Origin: an uncultured Gemmatimonadales bacterium
GTDB taxonomy: Bacteria > Gemmatimonadota > Gemmatimonadetes > Gemmatimonadales > GWC2-71-9
Assembly: GCA_963779755.1 (NCBI GenBank)
Contig: CAVZZO010000001.1
Location: 1,632,001-1,696,000, forward strand
Length of the DNA: 64,000 nt
Direction of reading: 5' to 3'
The notes under the pieces are model-generated. The model searched no databases. It was given only the letters and a program-made list of their open reading frames with translations, and had not been told where the DNA came from. Made by a program: the position numbers and the translations under genes. Below are positions 46,745 to 58,047 of the stretch, one piece after another. The first letter of the stretch is position 1. Every line of letters begins with the position of its first letter.

Positions 46745-48664
46745 TCACTCCTTTTCTCTCAGTCCGATTTCCCCCTCGCCCTTTTCCGCTCCCCACAGCA
46801 CCACCTGCGCCTCGCCCTGTTCCGCGGTATCGAACCCGCGCTCGGACTTGGCCACGGTGATGACGGGGTAATGCCAGCGGTCGGCCCGCGGGTTTGCCTT
46901 GATGGCGAGCGGTGCCAGCAGGCTCAGCTCCGACGCGAAACTGGCGCCGGGCCAGAGATCGCCGGGCCAGTGATAGCGCACCCGGCACTCGCCGGTCGGG
47001 GTAAAGCGGTAGGTCTTCCGCAGCTGCCCGCCCCCGGGCAGGCTGCCCCGCAGTCGCAGCACGACGCCGTCGTCTTCCCGCCCGATCTCCGCCTCCATCG
47101 CATGAGTCGCACCGAGCCACAACACCTCGGCGTGAGCCTGGGCGTAGGTCGTCGCATCGGTACCGTCGGCCAGCACGCGATCCACGAAAAGCGCGCGCCC
47201 CGCGTCGTCGAAGGGGGGCAGGTCCTCGGTGCGCAGGCTGTTCTCCAGGTCGTGAATGCTGGCGGTGCCGCCCTGCCGCGCCGCGTGCAGCGCCTCGGCC
47301 GGCATGTGGTAGGATTCCAGCCGCCGAGTCAGGACATCGGCATAGTTGAGGCCGGTGCGGAAGAGCGTGTATTCCTCCAGCGCGCCGCCCCGTGCCGGGC
47401 TGACCAGGGCGGAGAAGTGCGCCGAATGGAGCCAGATCTCCTCGTGGCCGTCGAGATCCAGGTCGATCCACTCCGCCACCAGCGGCTCCCCCTCGCGCAG
47501 CCCCGCCTCGGCCCGGGCCAGATTACGCCAGATGGCCTCCCGCAGGTGCCGCAGATAGAGCCCCCCGAAGACGCCGTGCCAGTAGGCGTCGTTGCACTGG
47601 GCGCGGCCAATCGCCTCGCGCACCTCGGGCGGATCGCCCCGTTCGCGTGCCAGCCGCGAGAGGGCCAGCATCTTCTTGTTCATCCGGTTGGACTCGGGGT
47701 ACTTCACGAAGAAGTTGCGCCAGTGCGCGCCACGCACCAGGGCACCTTCCGGCCCCGCCATCCGCTCGCCCAGTTCGCGCTCCAGTGCCACCAGCCGGAC
47801 GGCCGCCCGCGGCGGCAACGACCAGGTCTCCATTTCCCGGTAGGACGCGGTGGGCAGGTAGGCCAGCCCCGCGCTGGGCAGTTCATGCAGCGCCTCGTCC
47901 AGCCGAGCCATGCGCACCTCGCCGCCATCGATCAGGCCGGCCATGGTGTCCAGGAAGTGGTCCAGCCATCCCTCGTCGTACACCCAGCGGCGGGTGCCGG
48001 GCCAGCCGCCGAATTTCTCGCCATCGTCGGCCAGGACCGCCAGCCCGTGTCCCTGCTCCCGCAACTCGCGCAGGTAATCGGCGGTTTCCGACGGCGGCCG
48101 GAAGGGGATGAGATACCGCAGCCGCTCGTCGATGGCGAAGAGTCCCAGGCTCTTGCCGTCGCTTTCCGTGCGCCAGGGGCGGTGCAACTCTCCCGGCGTA
48201 AAGCCACTGACCAGGAAGTGACGATCGTCCACCAGCGCATACCCGACCCCGGCTTCGGCCAGATCGGCGGCCAATTCGGGCTCCCACACCCGTTCCGTCA
48301 GCCACAGACCGGTGGCCTCCACCCCGAAACGGGCGGCGAGCCGCTCCCGCATCCAGCCGATCTGTTCCCGCCGGTCTTGCCGGGGCAGCGAGGCCAGCAC
48401 CGGCTCGTGATAGCCCGCCAGGAGCAGCTCCAGCCGTCCATCGGCCGCCAGGCGGCCGATCTGGTCGAGATACGCCGGCTCATGCGCCTCCAGCCAGTCG
48501 AGCAGTGGGCCGGAGACGTGCAGCAGCAGCGGGAAGAGGCCGCGCTGCTCGACCCGCTCGAGAAAGGGCCGGTAGACGTCGCGCAGGTGTTCCTCGAAGA
48601 CGTGGTCGAAATTGCCGACCGGCTGATGGAGATGCAGTCCCAGGGCGAAGCGAATCGGGTCCAT
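46745..48664 (-). CDS. GH57 alpha-amylase/4-alpha-glucanotransferase
   Basis: HLHQP, WLTERVW, DDGEKFG, QCNDAYWHGVFGG. Confidence 0.9.
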   Translation of the reverse strand: MDPIRFALGLHLHQPVGNFDHVFEEHLRDVYRPFLERVEQRGLFPLLLHVSGPLLDWLEAHEPAYLDQIGRLAADGRLELLLAGYHEPVLASLPRQDRREQIGWMRERLAARFGVEATGLWLTERVWEPELAADLAEAGVGYALVDDRHFLVSGFTPGELHRPWRTESDGKSLGLFAIDERLRYLIPFRPPSETADYLRELREQGHGLAVLADDGEKFGGWPGTRRWVYDEGWLDHFLDTMAGLIDGGEVRMARLDEALHELPSAGLAYLPTASYREMETWSLPPRAAVRLVALERELGERMAGPEGALVRGAHWRNFFVKYPESNRMNKKMLALSRLARERGDPPEVREAIGRAQCNDAYWHGVFGGLYLRHLREAIWRNLARAEAGLREGEPLVAEWIDLDLDGHEEIWLHSAHFSALVSPARGGALEEYTLFRTGLNYADVLTRRLESYHMPAEALHAARQGGTASIHDLENSLRTEDLPPFDDAGRALFVDRVLADGTDATTYAQAHAEVLWLGATHAMEAEIGREDDGVVLRLRGSLPGGGQLRKTYRFTPTGECRVRYHWPGDLWPGASFASELSLLAPLAIKANPRADRWHYPVITVAKSERGFDTAEQGEAQVVLWGAEKGEGEIGLREKE

Positions 48665-48686
48665 GAGTCGGGGAAGGAGGCTCGGG

Positions 48687-50663
48687 TCAGTCGGCAAAGC
48701 CCAGGCGCCGGCCGAGCGAGGCCAGCCGGGGACTGGTGCCGCGCAGCGGAGCGAACTGGAGTTGCGCTTCCAGTGGAACCGGCAGATCGAGCGCCTCCAG
48801 CAGGTCGAGGGCGCTCCGGGCACGGCTGAGGCCCGCCGCGGCGCTATCCCGCAGCAGCAGGGTGATCGCTTCCACCAGGGCTCCGGGCGCGATGCCGCGC
48901 AGGTCGGCCTCGCCGCTGGCGAGCCGGGCACGTTCCGCCGGGGAGAGGGCGCGTTCGGTAAGCTGGCGCAGCCGCCAGGTGGCGAGCAGGTCGCGGTGCC
49001 GGTCCCACAGTTCCGCGGTTCCGAACATCCAGCGGGCCGGCTCGGCCGGGGGCTCGGCGGTCACCGTAAAGGCAAACTCGTGGCCATGGACCCATTCGGA
49101 GGTGACCCGGAACACGTCGCGCCGGCCGGTGCGCCGTTCCTGCACCATGATCCGAGTGAATCCGTCGGCCAGCGGTGCCTCCTCCACGCAGTAGGCCGCG
49201 GGCAGGCCTTCGGTGGGTGGCGCGCCGCTGGCCCGGAGGGCCGCGCACCCCGCGGCGATCCGGACCATGGGCGGCAGCTCGGGCTGGACCTGCTCGCGGA
49301 AGAGCAGGCGGCCATTCCCGATTTCGGCGTCGTTGCTCCGGGCCGTCTCCAGCCGCCGGAGCAGGCCCTCTTCCAGCCGCGCGCGGTCGGCTCCCGCCAG
49401 CTCCAGCAGTCGGGCGGCGTAGGCCAGCACCTGCCGGCTTTCCAGTCCGCCGATATCGTCGAAGAACCAGGCGCAGCTGGTGAACAGCCGCAGGGCGTTG
49501 TGTTCCAGCTCCAGAAGCCGGTGCCGCTCCATGCTGCCGGTGTCTCCCGCCACGCCTGGCTCGGCGGCCGGATCGAATGCCTCCCGCGACGCCCAGGGAT
49601 CGGGGAACACCGCCCGGCCATCGCGCTCGAAGATCCGGTGCGCTTCTGCCGCGAGCCAGTCCACGGCGTCCCGCAGTCCCGCGCGCCAGGCCTGCTGGCT
49701 GGGCCGGTGGGGCGCCGCCTTGCAGCCGCAGTCGGCTCGCCAGCGGTCGATGCCGTGGGTGCAGCTCCAGCTGGAGGGGGCGCGGAGCTCCACCGGGCCG
49801 CCGGAGGGAAGGCGGGAGAGGGCGCTGGTGAAGTTGGCCATGGCCAGGCCGGGGCTCGCCTCGATATGGCTGACCAGCCACGCCAGGGCCATCTCGCCGA
49901 AGACGTGATGATGCCCGAAGGTCTCGCCGTCGGCCGCCATGGCCACCAGCCGGGGCGCCGCGCTGCGGCAGCAGGCGATCCGCGCCGACCAGGCTCGCGC
50001 ATCGCGCAGCAGGGTACCGAACGCCACGTCGTGCGCCAGCGGCCCGTCGTAGGCGAAGAGCGCGATGGCCCGGCCCGCGGCCGTGGTGTAGGTGCCGGGC
50101 AGCCCCGTGGCCGATGCACCGGCCACCTGGTGAGGCGCCAGCACGGTATAGCGGATGCCGGCGGCCGCCAGCACATCCAGCGTTTCATCGTCTACCGCCG
50201 TCTCGGGCAGCCACATGCCTTCCGGGTCGCGGCCGAAGCGCCGCCGGAAGTCCCGGATGCCCCAGCGGACTTCGGTCTCCTTGTCGCGCCGGGAACAGAG
50301 CGGCAGGATGACGTGATGAAAAGGGTGGGCCAGGGCGTTGCCGAAGCCGGTGCGCTCCCGGCTGGTGCGGTCGGCCTGCAGGACGGCCTGGTAGGTGGCG
50401 GGCGCGTGTCGCTCCAGCCAGGCCAGCAGCGTCGGCCCGGCATCGAAGCTGAGCCACTCGAGGGTGTTCACCACCCGGAGAATGCGTCCCTCGCCGTCCA
50501 GCAGCCGTGCCGCCGTGACCGGCCGGTAGCATTCCCGCTCGATGCGCTCATTCCAGTCGTGCCAGGGGGTAGCCGAGGCCTCCGCCTCGACCTCGTCGAG
50601 CCAGGGGCTCTCGCGGGGCGGCTGGTAGAAGTGGCCGTGAATGACGACCAGCGTATCGCTCAT
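48687..50663 (-). CDS. GH57 glycoside hydrolase (DUF3536-type)
   Basis: HGHFYQPPRE, WLPETA, DGETFGHH, SWSC.HG..RW...CGC, FTSCAWFF. Confidence 0.9.
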   Translation of the reverse strand: MSDTLVVIHGHFYQPPRESPWLDEVEAEASATPWHDWNERIERECYRPVTAARLLDGEGRILRVVNTLEWLSFDAGPTLLAWLERHAPATYQAVLQADRTSRERTGFGNALAHPFHHVILPLCSRRDKETEVRWGIRDFRRRFGRDPEGMWLPETAVDDETLDVLAAAGIRYTVLAPHQVAGASATGLPGTYTTAAGRAIALFAYDGPLAHDVAFGTLLRDARAWSARIACCRSAAPRLVAMAADGETFGHHHVFGEMALAWLVSHIEASPGLAMANFTSALSRLPSGGPVELRAPSSWSCTHGIDRWRADCGCKAAPHRPSQQAWRAGLRDAVDWLAAEAHRIFERDGRAVFPDPWASREAFDPAAEPGVAGDTGSMERHRLLELEHNALRLFTSCAWFFDDIGGLESRQVLAYAARLLELAGADRARLEEGLLRRLETARSNDAEIGNGRLLFREQVQPELPPMVRIAAGCAALRASGAPPTEGLPAAYCVEEAPLADGFTRIMVQERRTGRRDVFRVTSEWVHGHEFAFTVTAEPPAEPARWMFGTAELWDRHRDLLATWRLRQLTERALSPAERARLASGEADLRGIAPGALVEAITLLLRDSAAAGLSRARSALDLLEALDLPVPLEAQLQFAPLRGTSPRLASLGRRLGFAD

Positions 50664-52141
50664 GCCACCGGCGGAGCCTTAAGCATGCGCTGATAGACCT
50701 CGAGATACCGGGCCGCCGACCGCCCCCAGCTGAAGTCGCGGCTCATGGCCTCGCGCATGATGCGCTGCCACGAGGGCGGATCGAAGTAGTGGTCCATCAC
50801 GTGCCGGCCTACCCGCAGCAGATCCTCCGACGAGTACTCGTCAAACAGGTAGCCGGTGACGCCGTCCTCGATGGTGTCGGCGAGGCCGCCGACCCGGCGG
50901 GCCAGCGGGACCGCCCCGTAGCGCTGGGCCCGGAGCTGGGCCAGCCCGCAGGGCTCGTAGAGCGAAGGCATGAGATAGACGTCGGCGCCGGCCATCAGCC
51001 GGTGTTCCATGCGTTCGCTGAAGCCCAGGTGCACGCCGATGCGGTCGGGCCAGCGGGCCGCGTATTCCTGCAGGGCCTGTTCGAAGCGCGCCTCGCCCGT
51101 GCCGAGGAAGACGAACTGCGCTTCCAGCATGAACATGGTATAGGTGCCGACGATGAGCTGCAGACCCTTCTGCGAGGTGAGCCGCGCCGTCATGGCGAAG
51201 AGCGGCATGCGGGCCCGCTGCGGCAGCCCGAAGGCGCGCTGCAGCGCCACCTTGCAGCGCTTCTTGCCGCTCAGCTCGTCCACCGAGTAGCGCGCGGTGA
51301 TGCTGCGGTCGGTGGCCGGGTTCCATTCGTCGGCGTTGATGCCGTTGACGATGCCGACCAGCCGGTCGCGCAGCGACAGGAAGACGTCGTGCAGGCCGAA
51401 GCCGCCCTTGACGGTCCGCAGCTCGTGGGCGTGGGTGGGGCTCACCGTGGTTACTGCATCGGCAAAGGTGAGGCCGCCCTTCAGGTAGTTGACCTTTCCC
51501 CACCATTCCAGCTGCTGATAGTTGTAGAGCGACCAGGGCAGCCCGATGGCGGCCATGGTCTCCGGCGGAAAGTGTCCCTGGAACCCCGCGTTGTGGACCG
51601 ACAGCACGCTGCGGGTGGTGGCGCTGAACTCCCGCAGCTGGTCCAGCGTGCGAAGGTACACCAGCGACAGCGCGGTATGCCAGTCGTGCGCGTGCAGAAT
51701 ACAGGGGCCGCGCACCAGCCGGGGCAGGGCAGTCACCGCCGCCCGGCAGAAGAGCGCGAAGCGCCAGGCGTTGTCGCCGTAGTCGCTGCCCCCCTCCCCG
51801 TAGAGGCCGGGCCGGTCGAAGCAGGGATGGTCCAGGACAAAAACGGCGGGCCTGGCGGACGCACCGGGCACGCGGTAGAGCCGCACGTCTTCCGGCCCGT
51901 TGCCCATGGGGATGCTGAAGGGCTGGCCCACCGGCTCGAGCCGGCGCGCGGTCCGGACGGAGCGATGCATGGGAAGGAGCACCGTCACCGGAATGCCGCT
52001 CGAGGCCTGGTACTCCGCCAGCCCCTGGACCGCTTCGGCCAGGCCGCCGGAGCGGGCGAGATCGTTGTATTCCGAGGAGAGGTGCACGACCGAAACCGGA
52101 CGGCTGTCGTGCGTCAGCGGGGAAGGGGCGGACCGCGGCAT
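50660..52141 (-). CDS. glgA: Glycogen/starch synthase (GT5)
   Basis: RSGGL, HAHDWH, VHN..FQG, QKG, PSLYEPCGL. Confidence 0.92.
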   Translation of the reverse strand: MPRSAPSPLTHDSRPVSVVHLSSEYNDLARSGGLAEAVQGLAEYQASSGIPVTVLLPMHRSVRTARRLEPVGQPFSIPMGNGPEDVRLYRVPGASARPAVFVLDHPCFDRPGLYGEGGSDYGDNAWRFALFCRAAVTALPRLVRGPCILHAHDWHTALSLVYLRTLDQLREFSATTRSVLSVHNAGFQGHFPPETMAAIGLPWSLYNYQQLEWWGKVNYLKGGLTFADAVTTVSPTHAHELRTVKGGFGLHDVFLSLRDRLVGIVNGINADEWNPATDRSITARYSVDELSGKKRCKVALQRAFGLPQRARMPLFAMTARLTSQKGLQLIVGTYTMFMLEAQFVFLGTGEARFEQALQEYAARWPDRIGVHLGFSERMEHRLMAGADVYLMPSLYEPCGLAQLRAQRYGAVPLARRVGGLADTIEDGVTGYLFDEYSSEDLLRVGRHVMDHYFDPPSWQRIMREAMSRDFSWGRSAARYLEVYQRMLKAPPVA

Positions 52142-52176
52142 GCGGGAAAGGTAATGCAGCTTCGACGAATGCGATC

Positions 52177-52208
52177 GCGGAGGGGTCGGGCATGCCCGAC
52201 CTCTCCGC
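52177..52208. repeat. REP-like palindrome, related to the 3596-3623 element
   Basis: GCGGAGGGGTCGGGCA-TGCCCGACCTCTCCGC with the same GGCATGC centre. Confidence 0.55.
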
Positions 52209-52244
52209 TACCGGTTGCCTGTCCGGTTCCGCCTCCGCCCGCTG

Positions 52245-54401
52245 CTACGCCGTCGGCGGATCGTCCTCCCCCTGGTACCCCTCGATGGCCGGCAGGTAGT
52301 AGCGCCGCACGTATTCCTGCACCATGCGGCGGCCGGTGAACCGGGAGACCGCCACCTGGATCGCGTGCCGCATGTGTTCCACCCAGCCGACGGGGATGCC
52401 CCGCTGGTCCCGGGTGTAGTAGAGGGGGATCACCTTCTCTTCCAGCAGATCATACAGGTGTCCGGCGTCGGAATGTTCGGGATCTTCGCCGGCGGTGGCA
52501 TGGGGGATGGCCCAGCCGTTGGTACCGTCGTAGCCCTCGTACCACCAGCCGTCCAGGGTGCTGAGATGCGGCACCCCGTTCAGGGCGGCCTTCATCCCGC
52601 TGGTACCGCTGGCTTCGAGCGGTACCCGCGGCAGGTTGAGCCAGCAGTCCACTCCCTGGACCAGAACGTGGGCCAGGTGCATTTCATAATCTTCGAGAAA
52701 TGCCACCCGGCCTTCGAGCGCGGGGTCGCGGGTGAAGTGATACACGTTCTGCAGCACTTCCTTGCCGGGCTGATCGGCCGGGTGGGCCTTGCCGGCGTAG
52801 ACGATCTGCACCGGCCGCCAGGGGTTCACCAGCAGCCGCCGCAGGCGGTCCAGGTCGAGGAACGGCAGGTTGGCCCGCTTATAGGTGGCGAACCGCCGGG
52901 CGAAGCCGATGGTGAGGGCGCCCGGGTCCAGCAGCGTGCCCGCGCCCACCACGTGCGCGGCCTCCTTCCACTGGCTGGCCCAGCGGCGGCGGGCATCTTC
53001 CCGCACGGTGTCCAGCAGAATCCGCTTGAGGTGCAGGTGGGCATGCCACAAGGCGGCGGCATCCAGGCCCAGCAGTCCCTCCCATAACTCCGGCTGATCC
53101 AGCCGCCGGTCCCAGTCGCCGCCCAGGTGGCTCTCCAGCTGCTGCATGATCGGCTGGCCCATCCAGGTGCCGACATGCACCCCGTTGGTGATGTGCCCGA
53201 TGGGCATCTGGTCGGTGTCCCGCTCCGGCCAGAGATCACGCCACAAGGTCCGGCTCACCTCGCCGTGCTTGGCGGAGACCGCGTTGACGGCCCGGGAGAG
53301 CCGCATGGCGAGCACCGTCATGTGGAACCGGCCGCCGTCGCGCACCGGATGCTCGCCCAGGCCGAAGAACGCGTCGCGCGTGATGCCCAGCTCGTCCCAG
53401 AAGGGACCGATACAGGCCTGGATCTGTTCGATGGAGAAGGTGTCGTGCCCGGCCGGTACCGGCGTGTGGGTGGTGAAGATGCTGGCGTCGCGTACCCGCC
53501 GGGCCGCCTCCTCGTAGCTCGCGCCCGCGGCGACATGCTCCCGCAGCCGTTCCACCAGCATGAAGGCCGCGTGCCCCTCGTTGGCGTGCCAGGCTCCGGG
53601 GTCCACTCCGCAGGCGCGCAATACCCGCACCCCGCCGACGCCCAGCACCCATTCCTGCCGCAGCCGCAGGTCTACTCCGCCTCCGTAGAGCCGGGTGGAC
53701 AGGTCGCGATCCTGCGGATCGTTCTCCTCCAGGTCGGTGTCGAGCAGATAGAGCGGCACCCGCCCCACCATCATGCGCCACGCGCGGAGATACACCGTGC
53801 GATCGTGGATCCGTACCGACGTGAGGTAGGGCACGCCGCCGGGGCCGGCCACCGGCACCAGGGGCATGATGTCGAAGTCGAACGGCTCGTCGCGATCCTC
53901 CTGCCATCCGTCCAGCCGCAGGTGCTGGTCGAAATACCCCTTGGTATACATGAGCCCCACGCCCACCAGCGGCACGCCCAGGTCCGAGGCCGACTTGCAG
54001 TGATCGCCGGCCAGCACGCCCAGCCCGCCGCTGTAGATCGGCACCGAGTTGTGCAACCCGAATTCGGCACAGAAATAGGCAATGGGCCGGCCGTTCACCG
54101 CCGGCCAGGTCGTCTGGAACCAGGTGTGTTCCGCGGTGGACTCCTGCGCCAGCCAGCCCATCAGATGGTCGTAGTGGCGAAGGAATTCCGCATCCTGGGC
54201 GCAGGCGGCCAGCCGGCTGGGGTCGACCCGCCGCAACAGGTCGATGGGATTGTGCCGCGTCAGGTGCCACAGGGGTTCATCGATGTGGCGGAACAGCGCC
54301 CGGGCCTCGGGGTTCCAGCTCCAGCTCAGGTTGGTGGCGAGATCGGCCAGGCCATCGATGCGGGCCGGCAGGAACGGGATCTTGCTGCGCAGTGCGTTCA
54401 T
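52245..54401 (-). CDS. glgP: Alpha-glucan phosphorylase
   Basis: YSGGLG, NEGH, FARRFATYKR, EASGTSGMKA (PLP lysine). Confidence 0.95.
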   Translation of the reverse strand: MNALRSKIPFLPARIDGLADLATNLSWSWNPEARALFRHIDEPLWHLTRHNPIDLLRRVDPSRLAACAQDAEFLRHYDHLMGWLAQESTAEHTWFQTTWPAVNGRPIAYFCAEFGLHNSVPIYSGGLGVLAGDHCKSASDLGVPLVGVGLMYTKGYFDQHLRLDGWQEDRDEPFDFDIMPLVPVAGPGGVPYLTSVRIHDRTVYLRAWRMMVGRVPLYLLDTDLEENDPQDRDLSTRLYGGGVDLRLRQEWVLGVGGVRVLRACGVDPGAWHANEGHAAFMLVERLREHVAAGASYEEAARRVRDASIFTTHTPVPAGHDTFSIEQIQACIGPFWDELGITRDAFFGLGEHPVRDGGRFHMTVLAMRLSRAVNAVSAKHGEVSRTLWRDLWPERDTDQMPIGHITNGVHVGTWMGQPIMQQLESHLGGDWDRRLDQPELWEGLLGLDAAALWHAHLHLKRILLDTVREDARRRWASQWKEAAHVVGAGTLLDPGALTIGFARRFATYKRANLPFLDLDRLRRLLVNPWRPVQIVYAGKAHPADQPGKEVLQNVYHFTRDPALEGRVAFLEDYEMHLAHVLVQGVDCWLNLPRVPLEASGTSGMKAALNGVPHLSTLDGWWYEGYDGTNGWAIPHATAGEDPEHSDAGHLYDLLEEKVIPLYYTRDQRGIPVGWVEHMRHAIQVAVSRFTGRRMVQEYVRRYYLPAIEGYQGEDDPPTA

Positions 54402-54417
54402 GGGCGCGGGGTTGGGG

Positions 54418-56097
<1,680 letters not shown>

Positions 56098-56209
56098 GGG
56101 CGGGAAAGTATAAGGACCGAAGCGAAGCAGGGGAACCACGGGGGGCAGTCTGAGGGGCACGCCAGCGGGCGTGCCCCATCGGACCTGCGGACCGGCAAGC
56201 GCCGGCCGT

Positions 56210-56593
56210 TTACTTCACGTGCTTGTTGACCAGGCTGGTCATCTCGAACATGGTGACCTTGCTGCGGCCGCCGAACACGACCTTGAGGTTTTCGTCGGCG
56301 TTGATCATCCGCTTGTTGACCTTGTCCTGCAGGCCCTTCCGCTTGATGTAGGCCCAGAGCTTCTTGGTGAGCTCTGTCCGCGGCAGGGGATTGCTGCCCA
56401 CCACGGCCGACAGCGCGGCATCGGGCTGCACCGGCTTCATGAATGCCGCATTGGGCTTGCGGGCAGACTTCTTCTTCGCCGCCTTCTTGGTGGTCTTCTT
56501 GGCCGCGCGCTTGGTGGCGCGCTTCCGGGTGGCGGACTTCTTGGTGGACTTCCGGGCGGACTTCTTCGCGGCCTTCTTCTTCTTGGCTGCCAT
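56210..56593 (-). CDS. SWIB/MDM2-domain protein with histone H1-like basic N-terminus
   Basis: Lys/Ala/Arg-rich tail followed by AFMKP...PRTELTKKLWAYIK...LQD...MFEMT. Confidence 0.9.
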   Translation of the reverse strand: MAAKKKKAAKKSARKSTKKSATRKRATKRAAKKTTKKAAKKKSARKPNAAFMKPVQPDAALSAVVGSNPLPRTELTKKLWAYIKRKGLQDKVNKRMINADENLKVVFGGRSKVTMFEMTSLVNKHVK

Positions 56594-56808
56594 CACGCTC
56601 TCCCGGTTTGGAGTGATTCAGACCGACATGTCCCTCGGTACCGCCTCTACCACGGGCACCAAATTACTACTTCCCCCGAGCGGCGCCAATAGGGAAACCT
56701 GCTAATTTCCCTCTGAGAGGCCCTGGCCGCCGCCCGCCGCGCCCCCGGAAACGGCGCTGCCGGACGCCGGCGACACCCGTTCACCCCCCCCTGCGCGGGA
56801 GCCCCGCC

Positions 56809-58047
56809 ATGTCGTTTCGCTCTACGCTACCCTGGTTCGCCGCGCTCCTGCTCCTCACTTCGGGCGCGTCCGCTCCTCCCTCCTGCGGGGCCGACAACGC
56901 CGGCCTGGTGCTGCCCCGGGGCTTCTGCGCCGTGCTGGTGGGCGAGCAGCTGGGCTCGGTGCGCCACCTGGCCGTCGCGCCCAATGGCGACATTTTCGCC
57001 TCCGTCTCCGGCGCCCATGGCGGGGTGCTGGCGCTGCGGGATACCAACGGCGACGGGCGCGCCGATGTCACCCGCCGCTTTGGTCCGGGCGGCGGCACCG
57101 GCATCGCACTGAGCGGCGATCATCTCTACTTCGCCACCGATGACGCGGTCTACCGCTGGCCCTGGAAGGCGGGCTCGCTGGAGCCGGCCGGCCCCCGGGA
57201 GACGATCGTGCACGACCTCCCGGCGGGGGGCGACCACAGCGCCAAGAGCATCGCGCTGGGGCCGGACGGTGCGCTGTATGTGAACGTCGGATCGGCCACC
57301 AACAGCTGCCAGCGGCAGAACCGCGCCAACCGCTCGCCCGGCATCGAGCCCTGCACCGAGCTGGAAACACGCGCCGGCATCTGGCGTTTCGACGCCAACC
57401 GGACGGGCCAGACCCAGGCGGACGGCGTGCACTGGGCCACGGGCATGCGCAACACCGTCGCGCTGGCCTGGGATTCCGGCTCGAGTGCGCTCTACGGCGC
57501 CATCCACGGCCGCGACCAGCTGGGACAGAACTGGGGCTACAGTGACGAGGACAACGCCGAGAAGCCCGCGGAGGAGTTCGTCCGGATCGGCCGCGGCAGC
57601 GATATCGGCTGGCCCTACTGCTACTATGATCCGAAGACCGGGACCAAGGTGCTGGCGCCGGAATACGGCGGCAACGGCCGCGACGTGGGGCGGTGCGCCG
57701 GAAAGCAGCCGCCGCTGATCGGCTTCCCCGGCCATTGGGCGCCCGACGGGCTGGTCTTCTACCACGGCCGCCAGTTTCCCGCCTCCTACCGGAACGGCGC
57801 CTTCATCGCCTTCCACGGCAGCTGGAACCGCGCCCCCTTGCCTCAGGCGGGCTACCGTGTGGTATTCGTACCATTCGATCAGGGCCAGCCGGCCGGCCGC
57901 TACCGCACCTTCGCGACGGGGCAGGCCGGCCCCACATCCATCCGGCCCACCGGACTGGCCGTGGGCCCGGACGGTTCGCTCTATCTCGCGGCCGACGGCA
58001 ACCACCGCATCTGGCGGATTCTCTATCAGCCCGGGGAGGGCTCATGA
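56809..58047 (+). CDS. Exported sorbosone/PQQ-dependent sugar dehydrogenase-family beta-propeller
   Basis: Signal peptide, DTNGDGRAD, GMRN, GWPYCY, HWAP, AFHGSWNR, RPTGLAVGPDGSL. Confidence 0.88.
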   Translation: MSFRSTLPWFAALLLLTSGASAPPSCGADNAGLVLPRGFCAVLVGEQLGSVRHLAVAPNGDIFASVSGAHGGVLALRDTNGDGRADVTRRFGPGGGTGIALSGDHLYFATDDAVYRWPWKAGSLEPAGPRETIVHDLPAGGDHSAKSIALGPDGALYVNVGSATNSCQRQNRANRSPGIEPCTELETRAGIWRFDANRTGQTQADGVHWATGMRNTVALAWDSGSSALYGAIHGRDQLGQNWGYSDEDNAEKPAEEFVRIGRGSDIGWPYCYYDPKTGTKVLAPEYGGNGRDVGRCAGKQPPLIGFPGHWAPDGLVFYHGRQFPASYRNGAFIAFHGSWNRAPLPQAGYRVVFVPFDQGQPAGRYRTFATGQAGPTSIRPTGLAVGPDGSLYLAADGNHRIWRILYQPGEGS

